A DNA stretch of 64,000 nucleotides from Escherichia coli (GTDB lineage: Bacteria > Pseudomonadota > Gammaproteobacteria > Enterobacterales > Enterobacteriaceae), in NCBI RefSeq assembly GCF_016903815.1, contig NZ_CP069973.1. One strand, given 5' to 3'. Below are positions 26,603-38,648 of the stretch, in pieces. How positions within the stretch are numbered: the first letter of the stretch is position 1; each line of letters begins with the position of its first letter. The notes beneath the pieces were generated by a model. It did no database searches, was not told the origin of the DNA, and saw only the letters and a program-made list of their open reading frames with translations. A program made the translations under genes and the position numbers.

Positions 26603-27218
26603 CACGTTTTTCACTCCTGCTCCCTTCGAGGTATGCCGCGTGTCGTATAAAACTTTCTTTAAGGCTTAGAGTCAAGCATCAAAAAGCGGTCAAATTATAC
26701 GGTGCGCCCCCGTGATTTCAAACAATAAGTAGCCAAAAGGTGAATAAATGTTTAAATATTTTTCCAGTGCATACAATTGCGACTTTTCTGCAAACCCTGT
26801 TCGATCATGAAAAACTGTAAATAACGCGTAAACACTGGTGATAAAGCGTGCTTCAGATCACATATTGAGCATGTTCGCGCACAGCATATTTATTTACTTG
26901 GCAAATGATGCCTTTGCAAGTTTATGATATTTCAGTCTAAAAACAGATACTGTTTTAATAAATGACATTTACACAACAAAAACCACCCATTGACATTTTT
27001 AATAATGTTTTAACAGCAAATGATGATTCTTAGCGCCGATTTTTAGCAGACTGATATTTTCACTTATGACTTATTTTCTGCTTACCAAAAAAAGCCACGT
27101 TACTTTGTTGATGCAAAAGAGTGAACGTGGCGTTAAATGTAACCAGTTATATCAGTAGAAAACCTGGTTGTTGTTAACAGTCTAACCGGTCAATTTTTTA
27201 TGATTTTTTTGATAAAAA

Positions 27219-27842
27219 TTAAATTTTATTTGCTTTAATCACCACCAGATGACGTTCGCCATCCAGGGCCGGAACGTGAAGTTTAACCACTGATTCGACC
27301 TGATATTCTTCGGGCAACAAAGCGATTTCATCTTCCGGCATTTGGCCTTTCAGCGCGTAGAAACGACCTTGCTCACCAGGAAGATGGTGGCACCAGCTCA
27401 CCATATCGTTCAGAGAGGCAAAAGCGCGGCTAATTACGCCATCAAATGGCGGCTCTGAAGGAAACTCTTCTACCCTGCTCTGTACTGGCTCAATATTCTC
27501 CAGTTTAAGCTCATGTTGCACCTGACGAAGGAAACGCACGCGTTTACCAAGGCTATCCAACAACGTGAAGTGGGCTTCAGGACGCACGATAGAGAGTGGA
27601 ATGCCAGGCAGTCCTGGTCCGGTGCCGACATCGATAAACCGTTCACCTTGCAGATACGGTGCCACCACAATGCTATCGAGAATATGGCGTACCAGCATCT
27701 CATTAGGATCGCGGACCGAAGTCAGGTTGTACGCTTTATTCCATTTATGCAGCATATTCACGTAGGCAATTAGCTGGTTTTTCTGGTGATCGGTAAGCGA
27801 AATTCCTGCGTCTTTCAGCAGAGAGGTGAGTTTGTTGAGCAC
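27219..27842 (-). CDS. rsmG: 16S rRNA m7G527 methyltransferase
   Basis: 207 aa recognised RsmG (GidB). Confidence 0.95.
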   Translation of the reverse strand: MLNKLTSLLKDAGISLTDHQKNQLIAYVNMLHKWNKAYNLTSVRDPNEMLVRHILDSIVVAPYLQGERFIDVGTGPGLPGIPLSIVRPEAHFTLLDSLGKRVRFLRQVQHELKLENIEPVQSRVEEFPSEPPFDGVISRAFASLNDMVSWCHHLPGEQGRFYALKGQMPEDEIALLPEEYQVESVVKLHVPALDGERHLVVIKANKI

Positions 27843-27905
27843 GGTGATTACCTGTTCTTGATGCGTTGCCCGGTAAGCGGGTGCTTACCAGGCATTTTTA
27901 ATGCG

Positions 27906-29795
27906 TTATGCGCTACGACGCAGCATACCCTGTTTTTTCAGCCATACCAGCAGAATGGAGATGGCCGCAGGCGTGACGCCAGAAATACGCGAAGCCTGGC
28001 CGATAGAGGCCGGTTTGTGATCGTTAAGTTTGGCGATCACTTCGTTAGAAAGACCGGATACCTGGCGGTAATCCAGCGTCGCTGGTAGCAGGGTGTTCTC
28101 GTTACGCAGCTGCTTTTCGATCTCATCTTGCTGGCGCGCGATATAACCTTCGTATTTAACCTGAATCTCAACCTGTTCCGCCGCCTGTTCGTCTGTCAAC
28201 GCAGGGGCAAACGGCGTCAGCGTGGTTAATTTTTCATAAGTCATTTCCGGACGACGCAGCAGATCTTCACCACTGGCTTCACGGGAAAGCGGCGCAGTCA
28301 GGTGAGCATTCACTTCGGCTGCAGCTTCCGCCGACGGGGTTACCCAGGTCGATTTCAGACGCTGACGCTCACGCTCGATATTCTCAAGTTTCTCGTTAAA
28401 GCGCGCCCAACGTTCGTCATCCACCAGGCCCAGTTCACGACCGATTTCAGTCAAACGCAGATCCGCATTATCTTCGCGCAGCATCAGACGATATTCTGCG
28501 CGCGAAGTAAACATACGATACGGTTCTTTGGTTCCTAAAGTGCACAGGTCATCAACCAGTACGCCGAGATACGCCTGAGAACGCGCCGGAGCCCAACCTT
28601 CTTTGTCAGCAGACAGACGGGCAGCGTTAAGACCAGCCAGCAAACCTTGCGCAGCGGCTTCTTCGTAACCGGTAGTGCCGTTAATCTGACCAGCAAAGAA
28701 CAGCCCCTGGATAAACTTGCTCTCCAGCGTCGGTTTCAGGTCGCGTGGATCGAAGAAGTCATACTCAATGGCATAACCCGGACGTACGATCTTCGCGTTT
28801 TCCATCCCCTGCATGGAGCGGACGATTTGCATCTGCACATCGAACGGCAGGCTGGTGGAGATACCGTTCGGATAAATTTCGTTTGAGGTCAGCCCTTCCG
28901 GTTCAAGGAAGATCTGATGCTGATTTCTGTCGGCGAAGCGCATGACTTTGTCTTCGATCGACGGGCAGTAGCGTGGGCCGACACCTTCGATCACCCCTGC
29001 ATACATTGGGCTACGATCGAGGTTACTGCGGATCACATCATGGGTTTTCTCGTTGGTATGGGTGATATAACACGGCACCTGCTGTGGATGCTGGGACGCA
29101 TTGCCCATAAACGAGAATACCGGCATTGGGTTATCGCCATGCTGTTGCGCCAGCACGCTGAAGTCGATAGTACGCGCATCAATACGCGGCGGTGTCCCGG
29201 TTTTCAGACGACCAACGCGCAGCGGCAGTTCACGCAAACGGCGAGAGAGCGGAATGGACGGCGGATCACCAGCACGGCCACCGCTGTAGTTATCCAGACC
29301 GATATGAATTTTACCGTCGAGGAACGTCCCAACGGTGAGCACGACGGCTTTGGCACGGAACTTCAGTCCCATTTGGGTAACAGCACCGACCACGCGATCG
29401 TTTTCGACAATAAGATCTTCAACCGCCTGCTGGAAGATCATCAGGTTCGGTTGGTTCTCCAGCGCCGTACGTACCGCCTGCCGGTAGAGCACACGATCCG
29501 CCTGAGCACGGGTAGCGCGAACCGCTGGCCCCTTGCTTGCGTTTAGTATCCTAAACTGGATACCCGCCTGATCGATCGCTTTCGCCATCAGACCGCCGAG
29601 TGCATCCACTTCTTTTACCAGATGTCCCTTCCCAATACCGCCGATCGCCGGGTTGCAGCTCATCTGCCCCAGAGTGTCGATATTGTGTGTCAAAAGCAGA
29701 GTCTGTTGACCCATACGCGCCGCGGCCATCGCGGCCTCGGTGCCTGCATGACCCCCGCCAATGATGATGACGTCAAAAGGATCCGGATAAAACAT
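27906..29795 (-). CDS. mnmG: tRNA uridine 5-carboxymethylaminomethyl modification enzyme
   Basis: 629 aa, N-terminal FAD motif [13 protein letters not shown]. Confidence 0.95.
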
Positions 29796-29883
29796 GGTGA
29801 TTGCCTCGCATAACGCGGTATGAAAATGGATTGAAGCCCGGGCCGTGGATTCTACTCAACTTTGTCGGCTTGAGAAAGACCTG

Positions 29884-30160
29884 GGATCCAGGGTATTAAA
29901 AAGAAGATCTATTTATTTAGAGATCTGTTCTATTGTGATCTCTTATTAGGATCGCACTGCCCTGTGGATAACAAGGATCCGGCTTTTAAGATCAACAACC
30001 TGGAAAGGATCATTAACTGTGAATGATCGGTGATCCTGGACCGTATAAGCTGGGATCAGAATGAGGGGTTATACACAACTCAAAAACTGAACAACGGTTG
30101 TTCTTTGGATAACTACCGGTTGATCCAAGCTTCCTGACAGAGTTATCCACAGTAGATCGC
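29884..30160. other. chromosomal replication origin oriC
   Basis: three AT-rich 13-mers GATCTATTTATTT (29906-29918), GATCTGTTCTATT (29922-29934), GATCTCTTATTAG (29937-29949); DnaA boxes TGTGGATAA (29963-29971) and TTATCCACA (30143-30151); dense GATC clustering; located between mnmG and mioC. Confidence 0.95.
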
Positions 30161-30173
30161 ACGATCTGTATAC

Positions 30174-30617
30174 TTATTTGAGTAAATTAATCCACGATCC
30201 CAGCCATTCTTCTGCCGGATCTTCCGGAATGTCGTGATCAAGAATGTTGATCTTCAGTGTTTCGCCTGTCTGTTTTGCACCGGAATTTTTGAGTTCTGCC
30301 TCGAGTTTATCGATAGCCCCACAAAAGGTGTCATATTCACGACTGCCAATACCGATAGCGCCAAAGCGGACCGCAGAAAGATCGGGCTTCTGTTCCTGCA
30401 ATGCTTCATAGAAAGGAGAAAGGTTATCCGGAATATCTCCGGCACCGTGGGTTGAGCTGATAACCAGCCAGATCCCCGAGGCAGATAAATCTTCCAACAG
30501 CGGACCGTGCAGCGTTTCGGTGGTAAAACCCGCCTCTTCCAGCTTTTCAGCCAGGTGTTCTGCCACATATTCGGCACCGCCGAGGGTGCTGCCGCTGATA
30601 AGAGTGATATCTGCCAT
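30174..30617 (-). CDS. mioC: flavodoxin-like FMN-binding protein MioC
   Basis: 147 aa recognised. Confidence 0.95.
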   Translation of the reverse strand: MADITLISGSTLGGAEYVAEHLAEKLEEAGFTTETLHGPLLEDLSASGIWLVISSTHGAGDIPDNLSPFYEALQEQKPDLSAVRFGAIGIGSREYDTFCGAIDKLEAELKNSGAKQTGETLKINILDHDIPEDPAEEWLGSWINLLK

Positions 30618-30706
30618 AAACCGCCACCTTTATTAAGAGTGGCGTATTGTACGCTGTGAACGCGTTGGGATCTACCTGTGGAAAAGTATGGGATTAAAAA
30701 AGCCGA

Positions 30707-31165
30707 TCAGGGCTTAATGGTACGCATGATCGGGTTCTGCAGGACGATCAGTGTCTCGGTGGACTGAATTTCATCAATTGTTTGGATCTTGTTGATAAGT
30801 ACATGCTGGAGAGCATCGATCGAACGGCACATCACTTTTATAAAGATGCTGTAGTGGCCGGTTGTGTAATAGGCTTCAGTGACTTCATCGAGGCTTTCCA
30901 GCTTTGCCAGCGCGGAAGGATAGTCTTTGGCGCTCTTTAATATAATGCCGATAAAGCAGCCTACGTCATAACCAAGCTGCTTCGGGCTGACATCAATACG
31001 CGCCCCGGTAATGATTCCCGCCTGCTTCATTTTCTCTACTCGAACGTGAATCGTCCCCGGACTGACGCCAAATTGTTTCGCCAGTTCGGCGTAAGCGGTG
31101 CGCGCATTGCCCATTAATGCTTCCAGGATGCCACGGTCCAGATTGTCGATTAGATAATTTTCCAT
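30707..31165 (-). CDS. asnC: Lrp/AsnC-family transcriptional regulator
   Basis: 152 aa recognised. Confidence 0.95.
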   Translation of the reverse strand: MENYLIDNLDRGILEALMGNARTAYAELAKQFGVSPGTIHVRVEKMKQAGIITGARIDVSPKQLGYDVGCFIGIILKSAKDYPSALAKLESLDEVTEAYYTTGHYSIFIKVMCRSIDALQHVLINKIQTIDEIQSTETLIVLQNPIMRTIKP

Positions 31166-31316
31166 AGGATTTTCTTATGCGGATTGATGATTCATTCTAT
31201 TTTAGCCTTCTTTTTTAATGAATCAAAAGTGAGTTAGGCTTTTTATTGAATGATTATTGCATGTGTGCCGGTTTTTGTTGCTTAATCATAAGCAACAGGA
31301 CGCAGGAGTATAAAAA

Positions 31317-32309
31317 ATGAAAACCGCTTACATTGCCAAACAACGCCAAATTAGCTTCGTGAAATCTCACTTTTCTCGTCAACTGGAAGAACGTCTGGGG
31401 CTGATCGAAGTCCAGGCGCCGATTCTTAGCCGTGTGGGGGATGGCACGCAGGATAACTTGTCGGGCTGTGAAAAAGCGGTGCAGGTAAAAGTAAAAGCTC
31501 TGCCTGATGCCCAGTTCGAAGTGGTTCATTCACTGGCGAAGTGGAAACGTCAGACCTTAGGGCAACACGACTTCAGCGCGGGCGAAGGGCTGTACACGCA
31601 CATGAAAGCCCTTCGCCCCGATGAAGACCGTCTTTCTCCGTTGCACTCGGTCTATGTAGACCAGTGGGACTGGGAACGCGTAATGGGCGACGGCGAGCGT
31701 CAATTCTCGACTCTGAAAAGCACGGTAGAGGCGATCTGGGCGGGAATTAAAGCAACCGAAGCTGCGGTTAGCGAAGAGTTTGGCCTGGCACCGTTCCTGC
31801 CGGATCAGATCCACTTCGTACACAGCCAGGAGTTACTGTCTCGTTATCCGGATCTCGATGCCAAAGGGCGTGAGCGGGCGATTGCGAAAGATCTTGGCGC
31901 GGTATTCCTCGTCGGGATTGGCGGCAAGTTGAGTGATGGTCATCGTCACGACGTGCGCGCACCGGATTATGATGACTGGAGCACCCCGTCAGAGCTGGGC
32001 CATGCGGGTCTGAACGGCGATATTCTGGTATGGAACCCGGTACTGGAAGATGCGTTTGAGCTTTCTTCCATGGGGATCCGCGTGGATGCCGATACGTTGA
32101 AGCATCAGCTGGCGCTGACCGGTGATGAAGATCGTCTGCAGCTGGAGTGGCATCAGGCGCTGCTGCGCGGTGAAATGCCGCAGACCATCGGCGGCGGTAT
32201 CGGCCAGTCTCGTTTGACCATGCTGCTGCTGCAACTGCCGCATATCGGCCAGGTTCAGTGTGGTGTATGGCCGGCAGCTGTTCGCGAGAGCGTCCCTTCT
32301 CTGCTGTAA
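31317..32309 (+). CDS. asnA: aspartate--ammonia ligase (asparagine synthetase A)
   Basis: 330 aa recognised; divergent from asnC. Confidence 0.95.
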
Positions 32310-32313
32310 TTGT

Positions 32314-33765
32314 TTATCGCCGCCAGCGTCTGAGCAGGCGGCTTCGCATCCCGGTATCAAAGCGCCAGATATGATCGAAAATGCGCATGATGCCGGGTTT
32401 GCCATGTGCCGACATCGCCACGGCATGAAAGCGATGCTGATGTACCCGCTGCAACTCTTTCACTTTGCTCGTCACGTCGTCAGGCAACCGCTGGGCGATA
32501 AAATCAGAAATCACCACCGCATCGGCGTCAAACCACTCCCGACTTTGCAAGCGTTCCATAATGGCGCGAAAACAACTGGCCAGATCGGTGCCGCCACGAA
32601 ACTGCTGACTTAAAAAGCGGATCGCTTGTTCGATGCCTTGTGGGCCTGAAAGCTCATAACGGACGATCTCGGTGGAAAATAGCATAATATAGCAGCGCCG
32701 GTTTTCAGCGAGAGCAATGCGCATCAAGGCCAGGCAGAACGCTTTCGCACACTGTTCATTAAAGCCGCCCATTGAGCCGGAAGTATCCACACAGACAATA
32801 AACGGTCCGCGCGGCTGTTCGTCGTAATCTTTATGTACCACCGGACGTTCGATCACTTTTTCTCGCCACGACTCACCGTGCAGGCGATAGGTGAGCAACT
32901 GTTTTTCCACCAGCCGACGGTAAAACTCATACTCCAGTTCTGTTATCCCTAGTGTCGCCAGTTCTGGCGGCAGGAGACGTAAAATATCATCGCTTTGTTG
33001 CAGACCATCAACCTGCTCAGGAACCGTCGCCGGTTCGCGCACCATGGTGCGGAAGGTTTCCATCTGCGCATCGTTGCGCGGTATTGATTTGGCTTCCCGG
33101 GAACGCCCCAGCTGTTCTGCCAGGCGTTTCAGTTCCGGCTGTTCGTTAAGAAATTCACCGTATTTCACAATCAACTGATAGTCGCCACGTTTAAGCTGAC
33201 CGGCGCTCATATCCCACAGACGACCAGCTGCGGTATTGTTATCTGCGAGAATCGGTTCAAGTTGTCCGCTCAGCGTCATGCGTTCCTGAACTTCACTCAA
33301 CAGTTGTTCGCGTTCTTCTTCTAATAGCTGTTGATTTAACGTCGTTGCTTGCACGATCAGACTTAAACGCCAACGCTGGAGAAAAAGCGTGTGTAACGCT
33401 GAAGTGATCGTGCTGTTAGCATCAACCAACTGTCGGGCTTGTTCTGCCCATGGGGAATTCAGACGATGCAGTAAGTCCAGGATCTGTGGTAGCTGCACAA
33501 TAAACTGCGGCGTGGAGAGGAGCTGGCTTTGCTGATAGCACATCACCTCTTCGGTGAGTTCCGGCGGGACTCGGGCATCTTTCAGCCGACTGCGCAGCGC
33601 CTCACGCCAGCGGGGAACATCATCAGTGATTGCCGCCTTCAGTCGTGGGAATTTTTCAAAGAAGACTGCCAGCTGCGGTGAGGCCAGCAGCGCGATGATC
33701 ATCTCTTCGATCAATCCCTCTTCGCTGACGGCCAGCATCACATTAAGCGTATCCAGCGTTAGCAT
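32314..33765 (-). CDS. viaA: VWA-domain protein interacting with RavA
   Basis: 483 aa recognised. Confidence 0.9.
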
Positions 33766-35255
33766 TGTTGTGCCTGGCGAATCTGTGCGCCGACATCCTG
33801 TAGGCTGGCTTCAATGCGACCTAACCAGTCGCCAGGGATAAACAGACATTTTTGCTGTTCGCTGAATAAAGCGTGTTGCTTGCGCCAGTCGCTTTCAAGC
33901 TCTTCCAGTTGTTGTTTTATTTCACCTGGCAGACCTTCAGCCGATGAACCGGGAAGTGCCAACGTACTGCCTTGTAAACTTACATCGCGTACAACAAGAT
34001 GTTGGGCGCTATCCACTTCCAGATTCAATTTCTGAGCAAAGCCGATACCGTTCAGTTTGCCGCGAATTTCACCACCTTTACTCAGCCACTGTTCCAGCGC
34101 GTTACGCTCAAAGGAGATATGAACCACTTCCATATCATGCAGTTTTAACGGTTTTTGCAGCAGCAGAGTCAGAGTGGAAGCAGTAACGTTAACAGGGAGT
34201 TGATACTGCTGACGACGGCTGAAAATGCCGCCCAGACGAATTACCGTTAAGGCTGTTTTATCGCTTTGTTGCTGCTGTAGTTGCAGGTGACGTTGCACAA
34301 TCGCGCCCAGGCGGGTCAACATCCCTTGCTGTTGCCAGGCATGACCGGTCATCAATACATCAATTTGTTGTTGTATCAAATTCAGGCTTTGCGCGTCATA
34401 CCACAGGCAATCTTTCAGCAAAATGAGATCAACCGGGGCAACAGCACTGCGACCGTTAAAAAAGGCGCTGGCCTGCAATAAGCGGATCGCTTTTTTCCAG
34501 CGACGATCCGAGACATAAGGCGCATCCGGTAATTTATCCAGTTGCTGGCGCAGCATAAAAATCAGCTCAAATACATGATCGGGCAGCGTAATTTCACCAA
34601 TCTCTTTCTGCCAGCGTTCATATTCTTCATCTGTGACCTGCAAGGAGGCAGGAACCGGATTGTCGTTTTCATCCTGTTGACTGGTCAGCATGGAGCGGAA
34701 ATTCGCTTTATCCTGCACTTTATCTAACCACAGACGAATCAGCATGCGGTCATATAACGCTTCCAGACTGCTGTCTGCTTCCGGCAGCTCGTTGGAGGCC
34801 GCCACCAGCAGGCGCATCGGGATTTTTTCTACGTGTGCACCGTTGCGGAACTGGCGCTCGTTAATGGCGGTGAGCAAGGTATTAAGAATTGCCGGGCCCG
34901 CTTTCCAGATCTCATCCAGAAAGACGATTTCTGCTTCCGGCAGGTAACCGCTGGTTAAACGTTCATAGCGCCCTTCATCTTTTAGCGCCTGAATAGAAAG
35001 GGGACCAAAAACCTCTTCCGGCGTGGAGAAGCGGGTCATCAGATATTCAAACGCGCGGGCATTCTGAAAGGCGAATTTTAAGCGCCGGGCGATCAAACTT
35101 TTGGCAATGCCTGGCGGGCCAAGGAGGAACACACTTTCACCACTTAATGCCGCTAATAAACACAAGCGGATGGCGTGGCTACGTTCATAAAGCCCCTTTT
35201 CCAACGAACTGCTCAGGCGGGAAATTCTTTCCGCTAATAAATGAGGGTGAGCCAT
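33759..35255 (-). CDS. ravA: MoxR-family AAA+ ATPase RavA (498 aa from MAHPHLL)
   Basis: Walker A GPPGIAKS; overlaps viaA start by 7 nt; ORF track extends 8 codons upstream. Confidence 0.93.
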
Positions 35256-35477
35256 AATGAAGTGGCGTCCTTTCGTCAAAAGTTCTGCGTAAATTGCGAG
35301 TATAGACGTTTCTTGCTGGTGGCTAAAATAGTCTCAAAGGGGGGGTATTTTTCTTTGAGCCAGGTTAATGTGGCCGCATTTAGGAGTACGATTTTGCCGT
35401 TAATCGTGCATACTGTGCGCTTTTTTGTGGGCCAAGGGACTAAGCACACATTTCATATTTCAACGAAAGACTAGTCT

Positions 35478-37346
35478 ATGAGCACTGATAATAAGCAATC
35501 ATTGCCCGCGATTACCCTCGCGGCGATTGGAGTTGTCTACGGCGATATTGGTACCAGCCCGTTATATACACTTCGTGAATGTTTGTCCGGCCAGTTTGGT
35601 TTTGGCGTTGAACGCGATGCCGTGTTTGGCTTTTTATCGCTGATCTTCTGGCTGCTAATCTTTGTGGTTTCCATTAAATATCTCACCTTCGTGATGCGGG
35701 CAGATAACGCCGGTGAAGGGGGGATCCTGACGTTGATGTCGCTTGCCGGGCGTAATACGTCGGCGCGAACCACATCAATGCTGGTGATTATGGGGCTAAT
35801 CGGCGGCAGCTTTTTCTATGGTGAAGTCGTCATAACACCCGCTATTTCGGTGATGTCAGCCATTGAAGGTCTGGAAATCGTCGCCCCGCAGCTGGATACC
35901 TGGATAGTTCCCCTCTCAATCATCGTTCTCACTTTACTATTTATGATTCAAAAACATGGCACGGCTATGGTCGGTAAGCTGTTTGCGCCGATCATGCTGA
36001 CCTGGTTTTTGATTCTGGCAGTACTGGGGTTACGTAGCATTATTGCTAACCCGGAAGTGCTGCATGCGCTGAATCCGATGTGGGCGGTGCATTTCTTCCT
36101 TGAATACAAAACGGTTTCTTTTATTGCATTAGGGGCAGTGGTGCTGTCGATTACGGGGGTCGAGGCGCTGTATGCTGATATGGGGCACTTTGGTAAGTTC
36201 CCTATTCGCCTGGCGTGGTTCACCGTCGTATTACCTTCCTTGACCCTTAATTACTTCGGTCAGGGAGCGTTGTTGTTAAAGAACCCGGAAGCGATTAAGA
36301 ACCCGTTCTTCCTGTTGGCACCGGACTGGGCGCTGATCCCGCTGCTGATCATCGCCGCACTGGCGACGGTAATTGCCTCGCAGGCGGTTATCTCTGGCGT
36401 CTTCTCATTGACGCGTCAGGCGGTACGTCTGGGATATTTGTCGCCGATGCGCATTATTCACACCTCCGAAATGGAGTCAGGGCAAATCTATATTCCGTTT
36501 GTGAACTGGATGCTCTATGTCGCGGTCGTGATTGTGATTGTCAGCTTTGAGCACTCCAGCAACCTGGCGGCGGCGTACGGGATTGCGGTGACCGGAACCA
36601 TGGTGCTGACGTCTATTCTCTCGACTACCGTGGCGCGTCAGAACTGGCACTGGAATAAGTATTTTGTTGCGCTGATCCTGATTGCTTTCCTTTGTGTCGA
36701 TATTCCATTGTTCACCGCTAACCTCGATAAACTGCTCTCCGGCGGCTGGTTGCCATTGAGCCTCGGTACGGTGATGTTTATCGTGATGACCACCTGGAAG
36801 AGCGAACGTTTCCGTTTGCTGCGGCGGATGCATGAACATGGTAACTCTCTGGAGGCGATGATTGCTTCGCTGGAGAAATCACCGCCCGTTCGCGTGCCCG
36901 GGACCGCGGTGTATATGTCGCGTGCAATCAACGTCATTCCCTTTGCGCTGATGCATAACCTTAAACATAACAAGGTATTGCATGAGCGGGTGATTCTGTT
37001 AACTCTGCGCACCGAAGACGCGCCTTATGTCCATAACGTCCGTCGGGTACAGATTGAACAACTGTCGCCCACGTTCTGGCGCGTGGTGGCAAGTTATGGT
37101 TGGCGAGAAACGCCAAACGTGGAAGAAGTATTCCACCGCTGCGGTCTGGAAGGATTAAGTTGCCGGATGATGGAAACCTCCTTCTTTATGTCGCATGAGT
37201 CGTTGATCCTCGGCAAACGCCCGTGGTATTTGCGTCTGCGCGGCAAGCTGTACTTGCTGCTGCAACGTAATGCGCTGCGTGCGCCGGATCAATTTGAAAT
37301 CCCACCAAACAGGGTTATCGAACTGGGTACTCAGGTTGAAATCTAA
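35478..37346 (+). CDS. kup: KUP-family potassium uptake protein
   Basis: 622 aa recognised. Confidence 0.95.
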   Translation: MSTDNKQSLPAITLAAIGVVYGDIGTSPLYTLRECLSGQFGFGVERDAVFGFLSLIFWLLIFVVSIKYLTFVMRADNAGEGGILTLMSLAGRNTSARTTSMLVIMGLIGGSFFYGEVVITPAISVMSAIEGLEIVAPQLDTWIVPLSIIVLTLLFMIQKHGTAMVGKLFAPIMLTWFLILAVLGLRSIIANPEVLHALNPMWAVHFFLEYKTVSFIALGAVVLSITGVEALYADMGHFGKFPIRLAWFTVVLPSLTLNYFGQGALLLKNPEAIKNPFFLLAPDWALIPLLIIAALATVIASQAVISGVFSLTRQAVRLGYLSPMRIIHTSEMESGQIYIPFVNWMLYVAVVIVIVSFEHSSNLAAAYGIAVTGTMVLTSILSTTVARQNWHWNKYFVALILIAFLCVDIPLFTANLDKLLSGGWLPLSLGTVMFIVMTTWKSERFRLLRRMHEHGNSLEAMIASLEKSPPVRVPGTAVYMSRAINVIPFALMHNLKHNKVLHERVILLTLRTEDAPYVHNVRRVQIEQLSPTFWRVVASYGWRETPNVEEVFHRCGLEGLSCRMMETSFFMSHESLILGKRPWYLRLRGKLYLLLQRNALRAPDQFEIPPNRVIELGTQVEI

Positions 37347-37352
37347 CGCCAG

Positions 37353-37386
37353 ACGCCTCCTTTCTCCATAAGGGGGCGTTTTTTGT
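37353..37386 (+). terminator. Rho-independent terminator of kup
   Basis: ACGCC...GGCGT stem followed by TTTTTT. Confidence 0.6.
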
Positions 37387-37387
37387 G

Positions 37388-38096
37388 CACAGAAAACCCC
37401 CAGCTAGGCTGGGGGTTCCGGAAAGCTTTCAGCTTTGAGCCAGTTATTAAAACCCCTTTTGATTTGTTAAAACACCTTGCGGTCTGGCAACTGCAAGTGT
37501 CAAACAAGAAATCAAAAGGGGGTCCCAATGGGGAACGAAAAGAGCTTAGCGCACACCCGATGGAACTGTAAATATCACATAGTTTTTGCGCCAAAATACC
37601 GAAGACAGGTGTTCTACAGAGAGAAGCGTAGAGCAATAGGCAGTATTTTGAGAAAGCTGTGTGAGTGGAAAAGCGTACGGATTCTGGAAGCTGAATGCTG
37701 TGCAGATCATATCCATATGCTTGTGGAGATCCCGCCCAAAATGAGCGTATCCGGGTTTATGGGATATCTGAAAGGGAAAAGCAGTCTGATGCTTTACGAG
37801 CAGTTTGGTGATTTGAAATTCAAATACAGGAACAGGGAGTTCTGGTGCAGAGGGTACTACGTCGATACAGTGGGTAAGAACACGGCGAAGATACAGGATT
37901 ACATAAAGCACCAGCTTGAAGAGGATAAAATGGGAGAGCAGTTATCGATTCCCTATCCGGGCAGCCCGTTTACGGGCCGTAAGTAACGAAGTTGGATGCA
38001 AATGTCAGATCGTGTGCGCCTGTTAGGGCGCGGCTGGTAAGAGAGCCTTATAGGCGCATTTGAAAAACCTCCGGCTATGCCGGAGGATATTTATTT
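37388..38096 (+). mobile_element. IS200-type insertion sequence (IS200/IS605 family); ends approximate
   Basis: Y1/HuH transposase ORF; perfect 8-bp stem hairpin CCCCCAGC-TAG-GCTGGGGG (37397-37415) typical of the IS200 left end; second stem CCCCTTTT...AAAAGGGG (37447-37519) ending just before the RBS/start; kup-rbsD spacer is about 700 bp longer than the roughly 200 bp I remember for K-12. Confidence 0.7.
37528..37986 (+). CDS. tnpA: IS200 transposase TnpA (HuH Y1 transposase, 152 aa from MGNEKSLAHTRWNCKYH)
   Basis: recognised IS200 TnpA with HuH motif (ADHIHMLVEIPP) and catalytic Tyr region; ORF track starts further upstream. Confidence 0.9.
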   Translation: MGNEKSLAHTRWNCKYHIVFAPKYRRQVFYREKRRAIGSILRKLCEWKSVRILEAECCADHIHMLVEIPPKMSVSGFMGYLKGKSSLMLYEQFGDLKFKYRNREFWCRGYYVDTVGKNTAKIQDYIKHQLEEDKMGEQLSIPYPGSPFTGRK

Positions 38097-38190
38097 TCAT
38101 GGTTAATCACCATGTAAAACGTTTCGAGGTTGATCACATTTCCGTAACTTCACGATGGTTTTCCCAACTCAGTCAGGATTAAACTGCGGG

Positions 38191-38210
38191 TCAGCGAAAC
38201 GTTTCGCTGA
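38191..38210. promoter_or_regulatory. RbsR operator (perfect palindrome TCAGCGAAACGTTTCGCTGA)
   Basis: 20-bp perfect inverted repeat just upstream of rbsD; LacI-family operator architecture. Confidence 0.8.
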
Positions 38211-38221
38211 TGGAGAAAAAA

Positions 38222-38641
38222 ATGAAAAAAGGCACCGTTCTTAATTCTGATATTTCATCGGTGATCTCCCGACTGGGACATACCGATACGCTGGTGGTGT
38301 GTGATGCAGGTTTACCCATCCCCAAAAGTACAACGCGTATCGATATGGCATTAACCCAGGGTGTACCTTCTTTTATGCAGGTGCTGGGCGTCGTCACAAA
38401 TGAAATGCAGGTCGAGGCAGCCATTATCGCGGAAGAGATCAAACAACATAATCCGCAACTCCACGAAACGTTGCTCACTCACCTTGAGCAGCTGCAAAAA
38501 CACCAGGGAAATACCATTGAAATTCGTTACACCACGCATGAACAATTCAAACAACAAACCGCAGAAAGTCAGGCGGTAATTCGCAGCGGAGAATGTTCTC
38601 CGTATGCGAATATCATTCTCTGTGCTGGCGTGACGTTCTGA
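38222..38641 (+). CDS. rbsD: D-ribose pyranase (139 aa from [10 protein letters not shown])
   Basis: recognised RbsD. Confidence 0.93.
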
Positions 38642-38648
38642 GGCCGTC

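Noticed and set aside
26615-27218. About 600-bp AT-rich non-coding stretch between atpI and rsmG as a possible sRNA or small-gene locus
   Set aside because: A spacer of this size is what I expect upstream of the atp operon (promoter and leader region); I saw no ORF with an RBS and no terminator-bounded unit
29800-30170. Small ORF 29622-29813 and others near oriC
   Set aside because: They overlap the mnmG 5' end and promoter region antisense, and the origin itself is non-coding
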